Virus record (IMG/VR): IMGVR_UViG_3300046047_000103
Length of the DNA stretch: 26,154 bases
Reading direction: 5' to 3' (one strand)
Source: a virus
Lineage: Duplodnaviria > Heunggongvirae > Uroviricota > Caudoviricetes
Each line of letters begins with the position of its first letter. Within the stretch, counting starts at the first letter, position 1. A program made the position numbers and the translations under genes. The notes beneath the pieces were generated by a model. The model was not told where the DNA came from, did not search any database, and worked only from the letters and a program-made list of their open reading frames with translations. Of this stretch, positions 23,024 through 26,154 are shown in pieces.

Positions 23024-23875
23024 TTGAGCGGTGACGATTGGGATGATCTCGGAGCAAATCAGAATGAGGACGATCCGGCAGGCCATACGCTGTTCATGGA
23101 TCGTGGCAACGAGTACTATGACATCGACGCGGCCATAGGCTTCCCGATCTGGGTGGATGAAAGCACGCTTGAGTTCATCTTCTCCATCAGATACAATTCG
23201 CCGGCCTTCAACGATTCCATCTTACAGGAAGATTACCGGATCATGACGCATAAGACCTTCTCTGACCTCATCAAGGAGCTCATCGTCCAGAAGCTTAAGA
23301 TGATGGACAAGAGGCCAGATCTGTATCAGAATTCAAGCGTGAAGGCCAGCGGATACAATCTGAATACGATCAACACGAAGGACATCATAGCGATATCGGA
23401 GTCTATAGGTATAGATCCCGGTAAGATCGATGTTCTCACCCTGGTTGCAGACGTCGTCCAGTCACTGGAGAAGATCGTCGTGAACACGATCCGCAGGCGT
23501 CCCGGCATGAACAGCGGGGAGAAGATGCGATCCATCAAGTTCATGGACGGCCAGCTATGGGATGAGGACGCTCAGTTAAGATGGAGAGCTGTCCATGCGA
23601 AGACGCTGGCGACTATGTACTCGTATGAGAATCTGCCCCGGTCAGTGAGGATCATCGACTCGCTTGACACGTACATCAACAATGAGATCAGATCTGGCCA
23701 CATCAGTGGGGACATGTCCGTCACGTTCATGGACTCGTATCTGAGTGATGACGTGATCACTTACGTTCTTGATCAGCTTGAATGCAAGGACCCCGGCATG
23801 GCCGATGAGATGGTGATCGATAATGCTATCGAAGATGTCCGCACGGGCGAATGGATGGATGATGACCATTGGTGA
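23024..23875 (+). CDS. Hypothetical protein
   Basis: 283-aa ORF; TTG start after AAGGAAG. Confidence 0.7.
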   Translation: MSGDDWDDLGANQNEDDPAGHTLFMDRGNEYYDIDAAIGFPIWVDESTLEFIFSIRYNSPAFNDSILQEDYRIMTHKTFSDLIKELIVQKLKMMDKRPDLYQNSSVKASGYNLNTINTKDIIAISESIGIDPGKIDVLTLVADVVQSLEKIVVNTIRRRPGMNSGEKMRSIKFMDGQLWDEDAQLRWRAVHAKTLATMYSYENLPRSVRIIDSLDTYINNEIRSGHISGDMSVTFMDSYLSDDVITYVLDQLECKDPGMADEMVIDNAIEDVRTGEWMDDDHW

Positions 23876-23933
23876 CAAGGCCATGATCTTTTGATATGAT
23901 GTTCCATGGAAAGATCTTCATCAGGAATGGAGT

Positions 23934-24572
23934 ATGATCTTGAGGAAACATCTGCGTGGGAAGATTGCGGGCATAGCGATCATGGTGGGAGCGCTTGTTC
24001 TGATAGTAGGCGCGTTCACCCATCTGCTCATTGATGCTATCATCATGCTGATCACCATAGCCGGGCTGTCATTAGGAATGGCCATCCCGGTCATGTGGCT
24101 CGCCCGCAAGATCAGGTACAAGAATGCTATCAATGATGTTCGCAACTCGATGAAAGCGCAAGCGAGATCTGTCAGGGAGAACCGGGTTGAGGTGTCTGCC
24201 GAGTCTCCGCTAGCCGCCATGCGGGAGGCCTTGACCGACCATGATCCGTACGCGATCAGCGTCATGGACTCATACCGGAATCTTGAACGCGAAGCAATGG
24301 ACGCTCATGCGTCCCTAGAGCCGATCAGGGAGAAGTATCGGGTCAAGTTCGATGGTCTTGACAGGCTGCTGTCATTCAGGAAAGATCTGATCCGTGACCC
24401 GAAGCTGTACGGAATAGATCTGAAGACTGCGAACACGATGATAGCAGAGTCAACCAGATCTATCGAGCTGTCTATTCTCGACGATACCAGATCATTCACG
24501 GACAGGAAGGTCATGGAAGCCCGAGCTACCGCTGACTACATCAACTCTGACGCGCCATCACCATCGATCTGA
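23934..24572 (+). CDS. Membrane protein (two N-terminal TM helices, helical C-terminus)
   Basis: Hydrophobic residues ~11-55; GGAG SD; TGATATGAT extended -10 at 23892-23900. Confidence 0.75.
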   Translation: MILRKHLRGKIAGIAIMVGALVLIVGAFTHLLIDAIIMLITIAGLSLGMAIPVMWLARKIRYKNAINDVRNSMKAQARSVRENRVEVSAESPLAAMREALTDHDPYAISVMDSYRNLEREAMDAHASLEPIREKYRVKFDGLDRLLSFRKDLIRDPKLYGIDLKTANTMIAESTRSIELSILDDTRSFTDRKVMEARATADYINSDAPSPSI

Positions 24573-24635
24573 TACCATATCGGCGATTCTTACGATATCT
24601 ATGTTATAATGATCTTGTACACACTATGAGGTCAG

Positions 24636-25265
24636 ATGGAGGCAATCATGGATGACGACGCCAAGACTACGAGGATCGATCCGGTGGACAAGTATCAGGG
24701 GCCATCTACAACAGAGCATGATGAGCCTAAGGTCAAGGATGATCCGGCTGCAAGCAATGATCATGACGGATCTGGCAAGAGAATGGATCATAGCGGAAAG
24801 ATCATCATAACGATAAGCGTTCTTGCAATGATCGTGGTGCTTGGAAGAATCGCCTTCATTGATGGTAACCATGGATCTGCTCCCTCTACCCCGGTGACGA
24901 CAAGCTCATCGTATGATGATGCAAGCAAGAAGTCGGAAGCTCCGTCGCCCTCGGAATCATCGAAGACGGTTGATCTCAATGATCTTAAGGGACAGAAATG
25001 GAGCAACGCGAAGAAGATCGTGAAGAGCCGTGGTGGAGATCTGTCTAACGCTCTTGTACTCACCGATGACGGCAAGGAGCCGGTGGTCGACAGTAACTGG
25101 ACGGTGAAGGACATCAGTCAAGATGCGAATGGTCTTATCACGGTCCATCTCACCCATGACAGCAGTGACGTTGACGTGAGCGGCCCGGTCAGCGGTCTTA
25201 AGGACGCTGGAGAGGATGCATGGAACAGCGTGAAGGATGGAACCGTAGGCCTCGGCCAGCACTGA
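24636..25265 (+). CDS. Single-pass membrane protein with possible PASTA-like domain
   Basis: TM IIITISVLAMIVVLG; Ser-rich linker; VDLNDLKGQKWSNAKKIV...DSNWTV; TGTTATAAT at 24602-24610. Confidence 0.7.
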   Translation: MEAIMDDDAKTTRIDPVDKYQGPSTTEHDEPKVKDDPAASNDHDGSGKRMDHSGKIIITISVLAMIVVLGRIAFIDGNHGSAPSTPVTTSSSYDDASKKSEAPSPSESSKTVDLNDLKGQKWSNAKKIVKSRGGDLSNALVLTDDGKEPVVDSNWTVKDISQDANGLITVHLTHDSSDVDVSGPVSGLKDAGEDAWNSVKDGTVGLGQH

Positions 25266-25291
25266 TAGATGCAATGATCAGTAGCCATCTG

Positions 25292-25320
25292 TTGATATCT
25301 TAGTCCTCTTGTGGTACAAT
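25292..25320 (+). promoter_or_regulatory. SigA-type promoter TTGATA-N17-TACAAT with extended TG
   Basis: Upstream of the gyrB-like gene; AAGGAG SD at 25342-25347. Confidence 0.7.
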
Positions 25321-25354
25321 GATTATATAAAGAACATTCATAAGGAGAAGAAGA

Positions 25355-26154
25355 TTGGTTAGCAACGATGAATCGTACACTGCTGACGACATCACGCATC
25401 TTGAATACCCGGTCTCTATATGGAAGAGACCGTCCATGTATCTTGGTGAACGTGGAGAGCAGCAGTCTGTCGGTATCCGTGAGCTCACGGACAATGCGAC
25501 GCAGGAAGGCCTGAGAGGATTCGCAGATCATGTTCGCGTGATCTTCAATGAAGATGAATCCATCATCGTTCAGGACAATGGCCGCGGTCTTCCAGTTGAC
25601 GTGAACAGGAAGACCGGTGAGAATGGCATCATTCTCACAATGGCCACGCTGCATGCAGGTGCTAACTTCAAGTCTGACGTGAAGGCGGGGCAGGCAGGAG
25701 CTGGTCTGAATGGTGTCGGCGCATCCGTCACGAACGCTCTTGCGAAGAGATTTGACGTACTGGTGTACAGATCTGGCAAGGAGTACAGTCTGTCATTCCA
25801 GAATGGATACCCCGGACACTTCAATGGTGAAGACCCTGACGCTGCGTTCAAGAAGGGCAAGGACATCATTGTCCATAAAGATCCCCGCCCTGCTGATGAA
25901 CGCAAGACATGGAAGACAGGGACGTGGATACGGATCTGGTATAATCAGGAGCACTTCCCTGATGATGAGAGCGTGGATCGGGAAGATCTCATCGAGCGCT
26001 TGAAGGGCGTGAGCTACATCATCCCCGGTCTTCATATCGACATTGAAGACAGGATGCGCCATAATGAAGATGGCACGCCGTACTCATACTCGTTCTACTC
26101 GGAGCACGGTATACCTGAGTTCGTTGAGAACATCTCCCCTGACGCTCTTCTTCC
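25355..26154 (+). CDS. gyrB: Type IIA topoisomerase subunit B (GyrB/ParE), 5' part; runs off the window
   Basis: Manual translation from TTG 25355: YTADDITHLE...KRPSMYLG...RELTDNA...VQDNGRGLP...TLHAGANF...GLNGVGASVTNAL; not in the ORF track; GyrB vs ParE unresolved. Confidence 0.92.
   Translation, partial: MVSNDESYTADDITHLEYPVSIWKRPSMYLGERGEQQSVGIRELTDNATQEGLRGFADHVRVIFNEDESIIVQDNGRGLPVDVNRKTGENGIILTMATLHAGANFKSDVKAGQAGAGLNGVGASVTNALAKRFDVLVYRSGKEYSLSFQNGYPGHFNGEDPDAAFKKGKDIIVHKDPRPADERKTWKTGTWIRIWYNQEHFPDDESVDREDLIERLKGVSYIIPGLHIDIEDRMRHNEDGTPYSYSFYSEHGIPEFVENISPDALL

Noticed and set aside
8283-26062. Antisense and alternate-frame ORFs inside the main CDSs (e.g. 19470-20129 -, 21133-21555 -, 25570-25905 -, 25710-26003 +)
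   Set aside because: Shadow ORFs of genes with clear family motifs or a better operon context
1-26154. CRISPR array linked to the TnpB/Cas12-like gene
   Set aside because: No regularly spaced 25-40 nt repeats; only one imperfect 16-nt repeat pair at the tnpB 3' end

Overview
A GC-rich, actinobacterial-type mobile element, most likely a conjugative megaplasmid/ICE; a jumbo phage cannot be excluded. Bases 230-8276 hold a + strand array of 44 tRNA genes with readable anticodons (18 amino acids; Asn and Pro not seen in this window), about 5 degenerate tRNA-like units and, embedded at 5373-5686, a compact type-A RNase P RNA (rnpB). The array includes A34 anticodons (Ala-AGC, Thr-AGT, Ser-AGA), a probable Ile-UAU, C33 loops and short-arm Leu tRNAs. 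Its processing sites follow a strict pattern: leaders mostly end in AT, every tRNA encodes C74, and eight tandem pairs are linked by a single C. Downstream are an FtsK-like ATPase (- strand), a solo 540-aa TnpB-like RuvC nuclease with a probable omega RNA, two acidic proteins, dUTPase, a sigma70-like factor, HU, VirB11/CpaF and VirD4-like ATPases, an XRE protein, a CbbX/SpoVK AAA ATPase, membrane proteins and the 5' part of a GyrB/ParE gene. The octamer palindrome CAGATCTG occurs at least 23 times across the window. All calls were made by eye, without tools.
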